Of a DNA stretch of 64,000 nucleotides, positions 25,380 through 39,139 are shown one piece after another. Under the pieces are notes generated by a model. It saw nothing but the letters and a program-made list of their open reading frames with translations, was not told the origin of the DNA and ran no database searches. Each line of letters opens with the position of its first letter. Position 1 is the stretch's first letter. Source of the DNA: Chiloscyllium plagiosum (Eukaryota); contig NC_057718.1 in the NCBI RefSeq assembly GCF_004010195.1, positions 37,070,337-37,134,336 of the forward strand. Reading direction: 5' to 3'. Made by a program: the position numbers and the translations under genes.

Positions 25380-25470
25380 TTCCTGAAGAAGGACTTATGC
25401 CCGAAACGTCGATTCTCCTGTTCCCTGTATGCTGCCTGGCCTGCTGCGCTTTTCCAGCAACACATTTTCA
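25380..25470 (+). mobile_element. Neptune-type PLE 3' fragment with a minimal hammerhead core
   Basis: 'cctgaagaaggacttatgcccgaaacgtcgattctcc' matches 39015-39050 and 59762. Confidence 0.85.
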
Positions 25471-26082
25471 ACTTTGTCTATTTACCCTATCCATACACCT
25501 CATGATCTTATAAACCTCTATAAGGTCACCCCTCAGCCTCCGACGGTCCAGAGAAAACAACCCCAGCCTATTCAATCTCTCCATACAGCTCAAATATTCC
25601 AACCCTGACAACATCCTTGTAAATCTTTTCTTAACCCTTTCAAGTTTTACAACATCCTTCAGATAAGAAGGAGACCAGAATTGCACGCAATATTCCAAAA
25701 GTGGCCTAATCAATGTCCTGTACAGCCGCAACATGACCTCCCAACTCCTGTACTCAATACTCTGACCGATTAAAGGAAAGCATACCAAACACCTTCCTCA
25801 CTATCCTATCTACCTGCAACTCCACTTTCAAGGAACTATGAACCTGCACTCCAAGGTCTCTTTGTTCAGCAACACTCCCTAGGGCCTTATCATTAAGTGT
25901 ATAAGTCCTGCTAAGATTTGGTTTCCCAAAATGCAACACTTCACATTTATCTAAATTAAACTCTATCTACCATTTCTCAGCCCATTGGCCCATCTGATCA
26001 AAATCCCATTGTAATCTGAGGTAACCTTCTTCACTGTCCACTACACCTCCAATTTTGGTGTCATCTGCAAACTTATTAACTG
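25471..26082 (-). mobile_element. CR1 LINE family A fragment
   Basis: ORFs 25468-25788 and 25754-25939 (RPLLEYCVQFWSP, LRGDLIEVYKIM), with KFADDTK at about 26060. Confidence 0.95.
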
Positions 26083-26439
26083 TTGTATCGTCAATGATGC
26101 TGTACCCTTCAGGGAAGCCGCACAGTAAAAGTGCATGGCTGTCTTCAGTATTTGGATGGTATTTCTGAGCGGAAACAGTTTATTCAGGAAAGTATAACAT
26201 CAAATATTGGGGACAATGTTTCTGTGATGCATATTTAATGGCTTGAAAAAGATTTTATAGATGGAATGGAGAACAGAGAAAGGCTTGCTTTTGTGGCCAC
26301 TGGGCACTCCAAAGCACTTTACAGCTGATGAAGTGTTTTTGCGGTGTGGCTGCTAGTAATATAAGAAATTGATATAAGAACAGCTAATCTATGCACTGTA
26401 AGCTCTCAAACAGCAATATGAAAGTGACCAATAGTCTGT

Positions 26440-28185
26440 TTGCCCTGGTCAGAGTATGGAGACCTCTAAATACAAAGTGCTTGCTTATCGGGTTGAGAAC
26501 AAGGTCAGTAGGGAGGAGAAATGGATTTACTATGGTATCTTAGTTCAAGATGGCTTTCAGGTGGGGACACTAAAAAGGAACATTGTGGTGGTAGGGGATA
26601 GTATAGTAAAGAAGATGGACACTGTTCTGTGCACCCAAGGGTGTGAGTCCAGAAGGCTATGTTGCCTGTCTAGTGCAAGAGTTCAGAATAACTACTTAGC
26701 GCAAGGCAGGAACTTGCTCATGGAGGTGTGAATCCAGTTGGCATGATCCATATAGGTGTCAAAGACATAAGTAGGATGAGGAAAGAGTTTCTTCTTAGAA
26801 AGTATGAGTAATTAGGCTTCAAATTGGAGGACAGAACATCAAATGTAATAATCTCTAGATTATAACCTGAGCTATGTGCCAATTGGCAGTGGAATGTAAA
26901 ATTAGTGAAATAAATAAGTTGTTGAAAGACTTACATGGAAGAAGAGGGTTCTGAGTCATGTGGCACTATCAGGGAAAGTGGAGACTGTACTGTTGGGATG
27001 GCGGGGCTTTAAAGTTCACAACTGGGGTGAGGGATCAAGCTTGGATAAATGTAACAAACCAATGGGTAGAGACAAAGAGGGAGAGCTAAGTAATAATTTG
27101 GGGAATGAAGATCAGAGAGTGGTCAGAGAGAATACACCAAGAGTACACCAAAAGTCAAGACTAGATGTTATAAAGTAACAAAACTAAATGTTCTATATCG
27201 GATTACTCATAGCGTTCATAATGAAGTTACCAAATTGATAGTGCGCATTGATGTAAATAAATATGTTCTAATAGACATTACAAGAAATGGGCTGCAAGAC
27301 GATAAGAATTGAATACTGAATATTGAAGGATATATGATATTCAAGAAGCATAGGAAATTAGGTAAAGATGAATGGATTGCACAGTTATTCAAGGATGGTA
27401 TTGGTGCAATGGTTAGAAACGGTCTTTGTTGAGGAGAACAGGATGTAGAATCAATTTGAATGAGGAACAGTAAGGGAAATATAGAACATAGAACAATACA
27501 GCGCAGAACAGGCCTTTCGGCCCTCGATGTTGCACCGACCTGTGAACTATTCTCAGCTCGTCTGTTATTCCATCATCATTGATTTGCTTATCCAAGGATT
27601 GTTTAAAAGTGCCGAATGTGGCTGAGTTAACTATATTGACAGAAAGAGCATTCCACACCCTTACCACACTCGAGTAAAGAACCTGCCTCTGACATCTGTC
27701 TTAAATCTATCGCCCCTCAATTTGTAATTATGCCTCCTCATAATCAAAACAAGTAATCAATGGTAGTGGCCTACACGTTCCATAACAGTTACCACAAAGT
27801 GGGATGACATATAAAAGAAGAAATATTGGGCACTTGTGATAAAAGGACAACAATGATCACAGTGATTTTAATCTGCATATAAACAGGAAAAAATGGATTG
27901 GTAATGGTAGCCCTCATGAAGTGTTCATGCAAAGCTTTTGAGATTAAAGAGGAAGAGATTGAGTTTCTTAGAGTAGACCTTTCAACACAACTAGAAAATA
28001 CTCATTTTCCGATTGGCAGGATGTGACAATTGGAGTCCTGTAGGGGATCATGCTGGGTCTCAGTTTTTTACAATTAACATCAGTGGTTTATGTGTTGGGA
28101 TAAAGGCACAATGGTAAGTAGCAAAGTAGGTTTCAACGATGATATAAAAAGGTTGCAGACACATATAAATACGTTGAGTGAATGA
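26440..28185 (+). mobile_element. Old CR1 (ORF1 esterase plus endonuclease remnants), with a younger CR1 3' end inserted on the - strand at about 27480-27742
   Basis: VVVGDSIV..RRLCCL, IHIG and VIIS.L are SGNH-esterase-like ORF1 motifs, followed by degenerate APE motifs. The insert has an (atagaac)n tail and MVRVWNAL on the - strand. Confidence 0.75.
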
Positions 28186-28189
28186 GATA

Positions 28190-28340
28190 CATCTCATCCA
28201 AAAATCGACCCTTTGAACAGTACTCTCAGTACTGCACTGGAGTGACAACTTTGGTTATTTTGGACAAATCTTGGAATTGGTCTTGAAACTTCAAGTTCCT
28301 GTCTCTGTGGGGTGACCACGCCCAATTAAGTCACAGCAGC
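28190..28340 (-). mobile_element. Deu-domain SINE fragment (SacSINE1-like)
   Basis: 'ctctcagtactgcactggagtg' is the reverse complement of the Deu core 'cactccagtgcagtactgag', followed by a degenerate tRNA-like head. Confidence 0.6.
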
Positions 28341-31300
28341 CACTCAAACAGCTGACTGATTAAGTATTCTATATTGTGAGAAAAATTGTGTAAAACAAAT
28401 TTCTAGTAGCCTGAACTTCATTGTCCCCTTGCATCCTAGTAGATGTCCATCATTTTAGATTCCATTTCAGAGTTGAAGTCCAAAAGAGCAAAATGCTTTT
28501 TGCATTATTTGCATTCCTATATTGTAGATGAGAAACCTCAACTCAGATCCTTGTCTCACTGGCGGTGACCCTCTAAGGTACAACTTTCAACTATTGTGCT
28601 GAGCACACTATAACCCCAACCCAGTCTGTTTGAAAAGGCATCAAGTACCAGGCAAATTCAATATCAGAAAGGAGGATGCCTGATCTCCAGAAGAGCAAGG
28701 TTCCATATGCTTGGAAGCAGGTTGGCAATTCCAGCTTGGAAGAAATATCTCACTGGCAAGCATGCACATTGCAACCTCTGCAATTAAAGAATTACAAATT
28801 ATAGTGAAAACCTCTGGTGTGGGATATTGGGATTAACAAAGGAATTGAACTGTTTCACTAGATATCTTCTAATCTACTCATTCAGAGATGGTATGACACA
28901 TTTCTGGAGCAGCTTTGAATTGAACCTGGTCCTTCCTTGCCCAGGTCTAGTGACACTGTTTCATCTCCACTCAGGATGAGGACATTGCTGGCAAAACCAA
29001 ACCTCAGGTCTTAGCTTTGTTCTTGAATCTTTGGACAGATTTGACCTTCCCTATACCTGTGCCTTCCTTCAGCCTATAACTACCTGAGAGCTCCATCTTC
29101 TTCCCCTCTGGCTTTTAATGGAACTTCAACTTGCTCTAGTTGGTAGCTGTGCCATCAAGACCTGATGGTCAGGAGTCCCCTCACTAACCCTCCCTGGCTC
29201 TGAACTCTCTCTTCTCCTTTCAGATGCCTTTTAAAGCCAAGACAGTTTTACCCAGCCTTTGGTCATATTTCCTTAAGCATCTCTCTTTGGTCTGGTGTCA
29301 GTTTTTGACTGATTGTACTCCCGTGGAACAGTTTATGACATTATATAACATTAGCTATGCTCATTTACATTGGTGTTGTCAATGCAAGATTTTGAGGTTA
29401 GACTTATATACTTGGTTTATCCCAACTTATACCTAGTATAAAATTTATGCTCAAAAACCATTGCAGAGTAAAATATTCCATCAGCTGGATTCCAGTTAAA
29501 TGATTAGAAAGGCACCTTGTAATCTGGGTGCGGGATCCCTGATTGGTTTGCTTATGCACTTATTTGACTTCCTGGAATTGTTGAAACTTTTCAACAGACT
29601 TCCATTTTCTGAATTTATTCGTTGAGCAGATCATTACATTCCAATAGCTCCTTTGTTTCACACCACTGTTCAATAAAGTGTCGAATACAGCCCAGGAGGG
29701 CAGACATTCCAGCTGTTAATGGTCACGCTTCAGTTCATGAGAATGATGAGGGGCTTGCCAGGTGTGTTAGACCAAGCAATTACTTCCTAATTACTTCAGA
29801 AATGTTTCCCCAAGTCTAACCGTGAGAATATGTCAAACAGCATCTGCACTGTGTGTTCTTAGAAGGTCTCTTTACACTGCACTTGTTGGATTGTATTGAA
29901 ATGGCATCACTCATACATTGATTAAGCTGGCACTATCGTCTCACTGATCAATCAGGGGACCTGATCAATTAGTCTTCGTTAGCAACACTCCGGAAGGAGT
30001 GCTGCTAAGTACTTATCATAGTTCTTTACATTAAGTGTCTATGTATGTGTGTGTCTGTGTATGCAGATAGAAAAATTCAACATTCATGCATGTGAACGCA
30101 TATGTGTGTAAATGGGTTATAGACATATGTACATGCCATATTTTTCCAAGTTCAAAACTGGCTGAGGAACCAAATAGAAGCAAAACAAGAGATAGAATCA
30201 AGGCTTAAGCTCACTTAGACAATCATAAAGCAGCAAAACCCAAATAGCTATTGTCTCCAGTGTCCACATGAAACTGGGACTTTTTTTTAAATTTCAAGAA
30301 AGAGAAAAAAAACTTGATCTCTGACTTATTTTGCAGAATTTCCAGAGTTCAAGTTGCATGCTGCTGACCTTTGAATCACAGACTCCCATGAAATTTGAAA
30401 AATTTAAGTCTTGTATCCCTTGAATTAATCTTTTCAAATGCATGCTCCTGGAAAAACCATTGGCGCAGATTTACTGATATGCAACCCTTTTGCACCCTGC
30501 CCCCACCCTCCGCTCCCTCTTCTTAGTCACTTTTATTGGGCTCACTTGCATTTCTAGCTCAGTGTGATTTGACACTAAAGTATATGAAAAATTGAGGAGT
30601 TATTTCATAAAATGTAAAAATAAGTCAGAACTGAATGCAACAGCTTCCACCATGATATGGAAACAGGTGGGAAAAGGTAGATTGCAAAGCTGACAGACAA
30701 GCTGGGGCATTGTTAGTGAAATATTATACCATCCTGAAAGGAAAAAGGTGATGAAACATCTTCCATCAGTAAGGCAAGTGACAGCTTTCAACTGGGCTAC
30801 TGGACCCACAGTTATAATTGTGCTGTGTTAGTCACCGTGTCAAAAATCTGTTTACCATGCTCTAATCAGTTTGGTTGTTATGTCAGCAGCTCCAAATATT
30901 GCATGCCAAGTATATTCAGAAGAAGCAAAGCATTTAATTAATGCTTTAAGACCCATTATATCTTCAAGGCTGAGTGCAGCTTCAGGGAGGTTATCAAATC
31001 AGATAAGTCCTTCCGCTGGAAGCCTCCCTTACAGAAAACACCTTTTACATTTCAGTTACAACTTGTATGTCTTCCTTAGTTGGTATACAACTCAGAGACT
31101 GAAATCATGTCAGATCTTTTCAAGGCAGCTGCTTCACTTAAGATGGCTTCTTTATTTTCAACATTTTTAGTTTTACTCAATTCTTCGGCTTTTCCCAATT
31201 ATAAAAAATTGCCTGGTTTCATAAATTTAGCTGACCTTCCGGGAGTAAAATTACAACATCTTGAGTTGTTCTTAGCCATTCTTTGGCAAAACAGAAAGCT

Positions 31301-33339
31301 ACTAAACTATACAAACATAGAAAATAGGACCAGAAGTAAGTCAGTTGGTCCCTCAAGCCTGTTCTGTCATTTAATTAATATGTTTGTGTATCAAATTCCA
31401 CATTCCCATCTGACCACACCACCCTCCACCTCCCAACCCCCCACTTCCACCCCCCCCATACCTTTGATTCTTTTGCATAACATGAATCAACCTACCACGA
31501 CCTTGAAAGAATTTAAGGATTCTGCCTCCTCTGTCTTCTGAGAAAATGAATGCCCAAGTCCCACAGAGATCAACTGCAAAGTATTATATCCCTTTTAGTT
31601 TCTCTTTAACATCTAATCAATAGTTTAACTTAAGTTAAAATTCAAAATGTTTTTAAAAATATTTTTTGCTTTTAAAATATTGCTTTATGCGCAGTTTATT
31701 CAATACTTATATCTGTTCAATTGTTTTCTATTCTTTCACCTGATCTTTGTGTCTCTGACTAAGCCAAAATTTACTGCCTATCCTGAATGATTAATGACTG
31801 TGTTTAATACAATATGTGAAGTAAACTGAAGAAGAAAAATGACTCGAAATATGCTGTTGGGCATAAGCTCATAATTTCTGTAGACTTTGACTTGAATTAC
31901 TGCAATGGGAAATTGGGTGAGAGCACAAATACATGTCCTTCAGCCCAATTGATAGCACATAGGCTCCACACGAGCCATCCATTTTCTTTTAAGCCAAACA
32001 ACATATCACTATTTTCCTTTCACCCTTCTCTGTTAGTGAACTTCCCCTTAAATGTATCCATGCTAATCACCTCAACCACTCCCTGTGGTAGCAAGTTCCA
32101 TATTCAGTTTGGTCTGGTCATTTCATTTCCTGAAATCAGACCATCTCTTTCTACAATGTTAGTGACATCATTAATTAATAAAAAATCTCCTTTCCAACAT
32201 TTCCTAGCTCTATGTCCTCTGTAAACGTTATGTATCTTTCAATATTCAGGATCCAATCTATTGTCACCATGCAGCCTCATCTCTGTATCACCATGTTAAA
32301 ATGAAGCAGAGTTTGACAGGTGTTCATTCAAATTGCTATTAAGGGAGATGATCACGTATCTGTAAGATCTTGCATGAATTTTCCCATTAAATAGAGTCCA
32401 TTTTAGCGAAAGGTTAGCTTGCATTTCTTAGTGTGAAGAGTACATTGGTTCTCAAGGAAGAAAAGGATCTGCCCTTAATGGATAATTGTGTACCTTGCAG
32501 CTCTGCTGTGGCCTCCTGCCACTTACATCCAAATTGCAAGTGGCACATCTTTTTGAGGTTTCCTATCATTAAAATACAGCAGTTTCTATTCTTGAAATAC
32601 TTCAGATAGATTTAAGAGATCTGCCTTACATAAATCATATATTTTCATAGTAAATCGTTTTGATACACTGCTCCATTTTTGGCTATACTTTACCAGAGCT
32701 TTCAGATCTTTTTTATCATATTCTATTGTTGAATACCTCAGCTTTATTGCCTGTTTCTGTGATGAATTAAATTTGTTAGCAAATCTGATAAGTCGATTAG
32801 CCTCTCTGAAAAGGACCAAAATAGATCACATGATCAACTTTGTTCAACAGTGCTTGATTTAGTGGAGTCCTATCTTGTTGCAATTTTATCACAGAAGTCT
32901 GGAATATTCACTGCATGTCTTAAGATTTGAGGTTTCAGTTCATAAAGAACACAGACTCTCCTCTGGAAACTATGTTGAGTGGGTTATTGCCAAGGTTAAT
33001 AACATTGATTGAAGAATGTAAGCTCATAACTCTGGGCAGTAATATCAGCAATAGAGCTAAGCTGGAAAATAATGCAAAAAAGATCAAAGAAAATGTGGAC
33101 CTTGTATAGGAAGCAATGGCAAAAATGATCAGTACTCTTGGAATGCAATAAACCCACTTGTACATATATGAGTAAGGACCTAATGCTGGTTTCTTTGCTG
33201 GAGTTAGATTTGGTCTCGATTTATTGAGCTAGTGCAAAATGTCAGAATGTGGCAAGCAGGAGGTCACCAATCACAGAAAGCATGGAGCCAAGGCGGTATT
33301 AATGTCCAAACTTCGTACAATCGATTAACTGTGTGCTCA

Positions 33340-34240
33340 ATGACCAGGGATTCACTAGATGTGAGCATTGCTGCAAAGACCAGCATTTACTGGACGTCTC
33401 ACATTATCCTCCAGAAGATGATTCACCATGTTCTTTATATTAGATTAGATTACTGACAGTGTGGAAACAGGTCCAACAAGTCCACACCGACCCTCCGAAG
33501 AGCAACCCACCCAGACCCATTCGCCTACATTTACGCCTTCACCTAACACTATGGGCAATTTAGCATGGCCAGTTCACCTAACCTGCACATCTTTGGATTG
33601 TGGGAGGAAACCGAAGCACCCGGAGGAAACCCATGCAGACACGGGGAGAATGTGCAAACTCCACAGGAATTGAACCCGGGTCTCTGGCGCTGTGAGGCAG
33701 CAGTGCTAACCACTGTGCCACTGTGCCACCGTGCCACCCATGTTCTTGAACTACTGCACTTTGTGTTGTGAAGATATTACATGGTGCTACATGTAAGGAG
33801 ACCCAGAGTTTGTGGTGCAGTAATGGTGAGGAAATGGCACTGTACTTCCAAGTCAGGATGGCGAGTGACTTTAAGGGTAATTTACAGGTATGGGTGTTCC
33901 GCTGCCCTTGTCCTCCAAATGAGTAAAAATTATGAGTTATGCTGTTGGAGGGTACTTGGCAAATTGCTGCAGGGCGTCTTGTAGACACTTCATGCTTGTC
34001 CTGGAAGACTTTTAACTACTTGGGTTGATAATGAAGGTGGACTCATAGGGTAAATGGAGAATATTCTAGCATACTCCTAATGTGTGCCTTTATAGGTGGC
34101 AGAAAGGTGGAGAGTCAAGAAGTGTGCAGCTTCCCACAGAATACCCAGCTTCTGACTTGCCCTTCTAGCCGTAGTGTCCGGTTAAGTTTCTGGATATTCA
34201 TAAACCCCAGTATATTGATGACCCACTCATGCAACAAGGA
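33340..34240 (-). mobile_element. Old LINE 3' region split by an HE1 SINE
   Basis: The start 'gatgtgagcattgctgcaaagaccagcattta' is the reverse complement of the 'aataaatgctggcc' tail also seen at about 35050. The sequence continues across the SINE. Confidence 0.6.
33436..33737 (-). mobile_element. HE1/V-SINE with a 10-bp TSD
   Basis: TSD ccatgttctt at 33426-33435 and 33738-33747. The head has a tandem duplication of 'ccactgtg' and a short deletion next to the B box. Confidence 0.95.
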
Positions 34241-34767
34241 CAAGTTCCAACCGGACTCCCAAAGCCTGTTTAAACAATAATTGCACTTCACTGCTTTGAT
34301 TTGCAGGTGAACAATGCTGAAAATTAGCAGCAAAGATGAGATGAAGGACTCATCGCTTTGATCATATGAAATAAGTGGATGTTTTCTGGCATCTTTGTCC
34401 CTGAGCTAGAAGCTCCCAGTTCTGAACTCCAGGTCTTGATGACCAAGGAAGATGCAAAAATAATCCTTCCATGCATCAATGCTAGGCAGTAAGTGTTTAG
34501 GTAGTGAATTCCAGAGATACAGAATCCAGAGAACCCAGTGGAAATGTTGTCCCAATGAGAACTGAGACCCACAAGTGAGGCATAGAGGAAGTTATAAAAA
34601 AATGAAATCAGAGGGAAATGTTAAAGTTAATACATTCTGAGAGTGCCAGTGGCCCTGAAACTAATGTGTTGGGATTGTTGCATTGACTGGCAACTGGGTG
34701 CACTACAAAATGCGAGCATACATAATGTAGTACATCTTATAGCTGCTTGGTTAAAATCCTGGAATTA

Positions 34768-35103
34768 CGGAGTAATGGTCTAGTGGTATTATCGCTGGAC
34801 TGTTAATCCAGCAACCCGGGTAATGATCTGGGGGCCCAAGTTCAATTCCTGCCATGGCAAATGGTGGAATTTGAATTCAATTAAAATCTGGAATTATGAC
34901 TATGAAACCATTATTGATTGTCAGAAAAGCCCATCCAGTTCACTAGTGTCCTTCAGGGAAGGACACTGCAATCCTTTACCTGCTCTGGACTACATATGAC
35001 TCCAGACCCACAGCAATGTGGTTAACTCTTAGCTGCCCTCTGGGATGGGTAATAAATGCTGGCCTAGCCAGTAACACCTTCATTCCATGAAGGAATAAAA
35101 TAA
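34768..35103 (+). mobile_element. tRNA-derived SINE (non-HE1 family)
   Basis: A-box-like 'tggtctagtggt', B-box-like 'gttcaattcc', and a LINE-like tail 'ggatgggtaataaatgctggcc...gaataaaa'. A related minus-strand fragment lies near 53685-53750. Confidence 0.75.
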
Positions 35104-35925
35104 AAGTCAAGAGCCATTGAGAAACTGGCATAAAAACAGCAACATAATCACAAAAATTGCAATGATTCAAGAAGGCATCTCACTTTCACCTCAAATTCAA
35201 CTAAGCATGGACAATAGAATATGACACTGCCAGAAACATCTTGCAAATGAATTTTGAGAAAAAAATGAAGACCAAATTTTCTTTTAATGAGAAGACATGC
35301 AGCTTAATGATAAAAGAATTCTATTCCCTTTGTTCATTGTTCTTCATTGAACCAATGTTTTGTTTTCATTTGCATTTTATGTCTGACAAATTTGAGATTT
35401 GGGGCAAAAAGCTCATGATGTATTCAGCAAGTTATTCCATTTTCATTGTTCCCTTGTGTGCTCACTAAAGGCTGCTGCTCTAGGGGCACACTTGGGGGAG
35501 ATAGCAGACTTTTATCTAATAATAAATTATACCCAATCGTTTAGTCCGCTTTTACTCTGCAATTGGTGGAAGGACCATGAAGTAAAAGAAGGAAGAGGAA
35601 TCTTACCTGAACTTGGATTTCTAATGATAGTCTGATTGGCTGGAATATGCTTGGAGGCATTTAATTTTGAGATAAGGATATCAAACTAAATTCTGCTAGT
35701 CACAACTCTGCATTTGCTTTTGCTGTTTTGGTTGAGATGAATAGCATTGGCACATTTAAGGCAAATCTAAATAAGGCCATGAGGAAGGCAAGAGTATGTT
35801 GATGGGCCAAGATGAAGTTGATAAGTGAGATGGAGTACATTGGGAAGCATACACAAAAATATATCTGTTATGTCAACTTTCCTGTTTTGTTAATGTAAAC
35901 TCAGGATAATTCTCTGTAATATACC

Positions 35926-36158
35926 TGTAGTGATTGGAATTAGGGCCAGATGGATCTCATTAACTATATGATCCTTGGTTAGGGTTGTTAACCTGGGCCA
36001 ATGAGGGAGCCTTGGCTGACAGATACAAAGAGGGGATTCAACATGTCTCTGAGTCTAGGGACTGGCTCTGAGCTGGTTGGTCAGAGTCTATGTACTGTGC
36101 ACATGTGAAATAAAGGGTGACTTGATAACAGGATACTGGCCTCTGTGTAGTTATTTCA
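35926..36158 (+). mobile_element. Solo LTR (233 bp)
   Basis: TG...CA termini, internal AATAAA and a perfect 5-bp TSD atacc at 35921-35925 and 36159-36163. Homologous to 2543-2753. Confidence 0.88.
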
Positions 36159-37953
36159 ATACCAGTTACTGGCTTTCTTTTGGTCATATTTAACTCAAAG
36201 ATGCATTTCTCTCTGAACAATGCACATTGAGATGTGTGAAATTTTCATGCACCCTAAAACCAGTCTTGCTTCTGAGGATTTTAATTGCAGTGTACGGTTG
36301 TCTATTTGTCAGTTTCTTGAAACTTCTTGAGTTTGTATAAAAGCAGTAAATAGTGTCAATCACTAATGGAGATACTCTATTTGGTCTTTTTTGCTCCTGG
36401 TATGATTTGTTATGATAAAGAAATCCTTACAATTGCATCATCAGTTTGCCAAGATAGTTTAAGTGTCAATTGGGAATTTTACATTTGTGCTTATAAAAAC
36501 ATGGACGATTTGCAATATTTCTGCATTAGCTATTTAACTAGTTTTGCTGCTATGTAGTTTAACTGTAGGGCTTCATGCTTTAAGAATTAATATTCTTTCC
36601 GAAATACTGAATATAAACAAATGCATCAGATTTGCATTCAAAGGGGCTAAGAACTAAGTATATAAATCAAGAAGATTTACACATTGTTTTGAAAAACATT
36701 AGCTATTCTGTGCAGATCAATCATATTAACACTATCTGGCCTTTTTAGGATGGGTGTGGTATTTGTCTGCCAATACATTCCACTTTTGGAATATGTGGTG
36801 AACTCCTTACCCAAGCACTAACATGTCCAACTTGTGGGCCTAGTTTACTTAATTAGCATAAACTATCAGCTATATGTCAGCATAACAAGTGAAATTTCAT
36901 CTTTGAAGTATTTCATTTCATATTTTGTAGCATGTTCTGACCGACTGGGGAGAGCTAAATCTCTATTTTATGCTTTTGAGAGAACATGTAAGAACAGGAA
37001 CAGCAAAGAGAGGGGAAACATGTCGGAGGGGATAATTTTGTTTCTCAACGGAGAAAAGACCTTGCTGGCTTGATGTTCATGATATGTGGATAATCCATGA
37101 CAAATGTGATAAAAGTGTTGCGAAATCAGTTGTGATTCCCATGAAAAGTGATAACTTTACAATAAAATTTGAACTTCCACTAGATAACTAAAAGAATGAC
37201 AAGATTTCCCATTTTAAGGCTTTAACTGTAACAAAAACAAAAATGACCACTGACTAAACATTATTCTTACAGGCTACTTTTTAACCTCCAGAATTTTTAC
37301 TTTTACTACAACTGATAAACTCACTTTACCTGAAAACATCACGTTGATCCTTTGTAGGTATTTAGTTCTCCTAGAATCAGCCCAAAGTAAATCTTAGCTC
37401 CTGAGGATTTACTCCATTCTCCTTTTGTATCCTTGTGACTGTGGACCCCAGAATTGCCTGTTGAAGGCTCCGCTTTTGCAAGCATATTTCCCTCCAGTGC
37501 AAGCCTCATTTCAAATCCTAACAAATTTGACGTCTTCAGTCTTAGTGTGATCTCCCAATTGCATTCCTGTGTAGTGAACCATGGAAAACTTCAACCTCTA
37601 GAGACTATCTCTGTCTCCCACATCTTAGCAACTGCTTGTGTCTGTAAATTTTCAAGGACATCTTATGAACCCCAGCACTCTCAAAACCCATTTGTGTGGC
37701 AACATGAGACAAATGGGCCTTGTATCCAGGTAGAAATGCTAATTAGATATCCTTTTGACACCAACTCTTGGAAATAAAAGGACAGTTTAGAGCCTAACTA
37801 CCTATGGCCTGATGGTTTTAAAACTTTCCTGGCATCTTGCTGATACCAGATACTGCTGATATTGTCTCCTCGTGTTATTGCTGTAGTAAACTTTTTGCAA
37901 AAGAATCTCAGGAGCCTCAATAATTGTTTATTGAGTCAATGTTAGGAAAGTCT

Positions 37954-39139
37954 CGTGCTCCCACGAGGAGGTTGAACAGTTCGTCCTCTTTTCCAACACC
38001 TTCCACCCCGACCTCAAATTTATCTGGACCATTTCAGACTCCTCCCTCCCCTTTCTAGAATTCTCCATTTCTATCTCGGACGACCGAATCAACACGGACA
38101 TTTACTATAAACCGACTGACTCCCACAGCTATCTAGACTATACCTCCTCCCACCCTGTCCCCTGTAAAAATGCCATCCCATATTCCCAATTCCTTCATCT
38201 CCGCCGTATCTGCTCCCAGGAGGACCAATTCCAATACCGAACAACCCAGATGGCGTCCTTCTTCAAAGACCGCAATTTCCCCCCAGACGTGATCGACAAT
38301 GCTCTCCACAGCATCACCTCCACTTCCCGCTCCTCTGCCCTTGAGCCCGTCCCCTCCAATCGCCACCAGGACAGAACCCCACTGGTCCTCACCTACCACC
38401 CCACCAACCTCCATATACATCGTATCATCCATCGTCATTTCTGCTACCTCCAAACGGACCCCACCACCAGGGATATATTTCCCTCCCCTCCCCATCAGCA
38501 TTCTGAAAAGACCACTCCCTCCGTGACTCCCTCGTCAGGTCCACACCCCCCACCAACCCAACCTCCACTCCCGGCACCTTCCCCTGCAACCACAAGAAAT
38601 GCAAAACTTGCGCCCACACCTCCCCCCTTACCTCCCTCCAAGGCCCCAAAGGAAACTTCCATATCCGCCACAGATTCACCTGTACCTCCACACATATCAT
38701 CTATTGCATCCTCTGTACCCGATGTGGCCTCCTCTATATTGGGGAGACAGGCCGCCTACTTGCGGAGCGTTTCAGAGAACACCTCTGGGACACCCGGAAC
38801 AACCAACCCAACCACCCTGTNNNCAGTCCCAACCCCTGAACACAGCACCACCTTCCTAACCAGCAATCTTCTTCCTGACCTCTCTGCCCCCACCCCCACT
38901 CCGGCCTATCACCCTCACCTTAACCTCCTTCTACCTATCGCATTTCCAATGCCCCTCCCCCAAGTCCCTCCTCTCTACCTTTTATCTTAGCCTGCTTGGC
39001 ATACTTTCCTCATTCCTGAAGAAGGGCTCATGCCCGAAATGTCGATTCTCCTACTCCTTGGATGCTGCCTGATCTGCTACGCTTTTCCAGCAACACATTT
39101 TCAGCTCTGATCTCCAGCATCTGCAGACCTCACTTTCTC
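37954..39139 (+). mobile_element. Penelope-like element (Neptune-type), 5'-truncated: RT thumb, GIY-YIG endonuclease and 3' pseudo-LTR
   Basis: FHPDLKF..LPFLE..TDIYYKPTDSHSYLDYTSSHP..KNAIPYSQF..LRRICS and HIIYCI.C..CGLLYIGETGR.LAERFREH. 12-bp TSD ttaggaaagtct at 37942-37953 and 39140-39151. There is an 'nn' assembly gap at 38821-38822. Confidence 0.93.

Noticed and set aside
31080..31541. 153-aa ORF
   Set aside because: Non-ATG start, its 3' half is an antisense old CR1 tail, and it has no recognisable domain.
38250..38990. 246-aa proline-rich ORF
   Set aside because: Frameshifted read-through of a C-rich Penelope element that spans an 'nn' gap.
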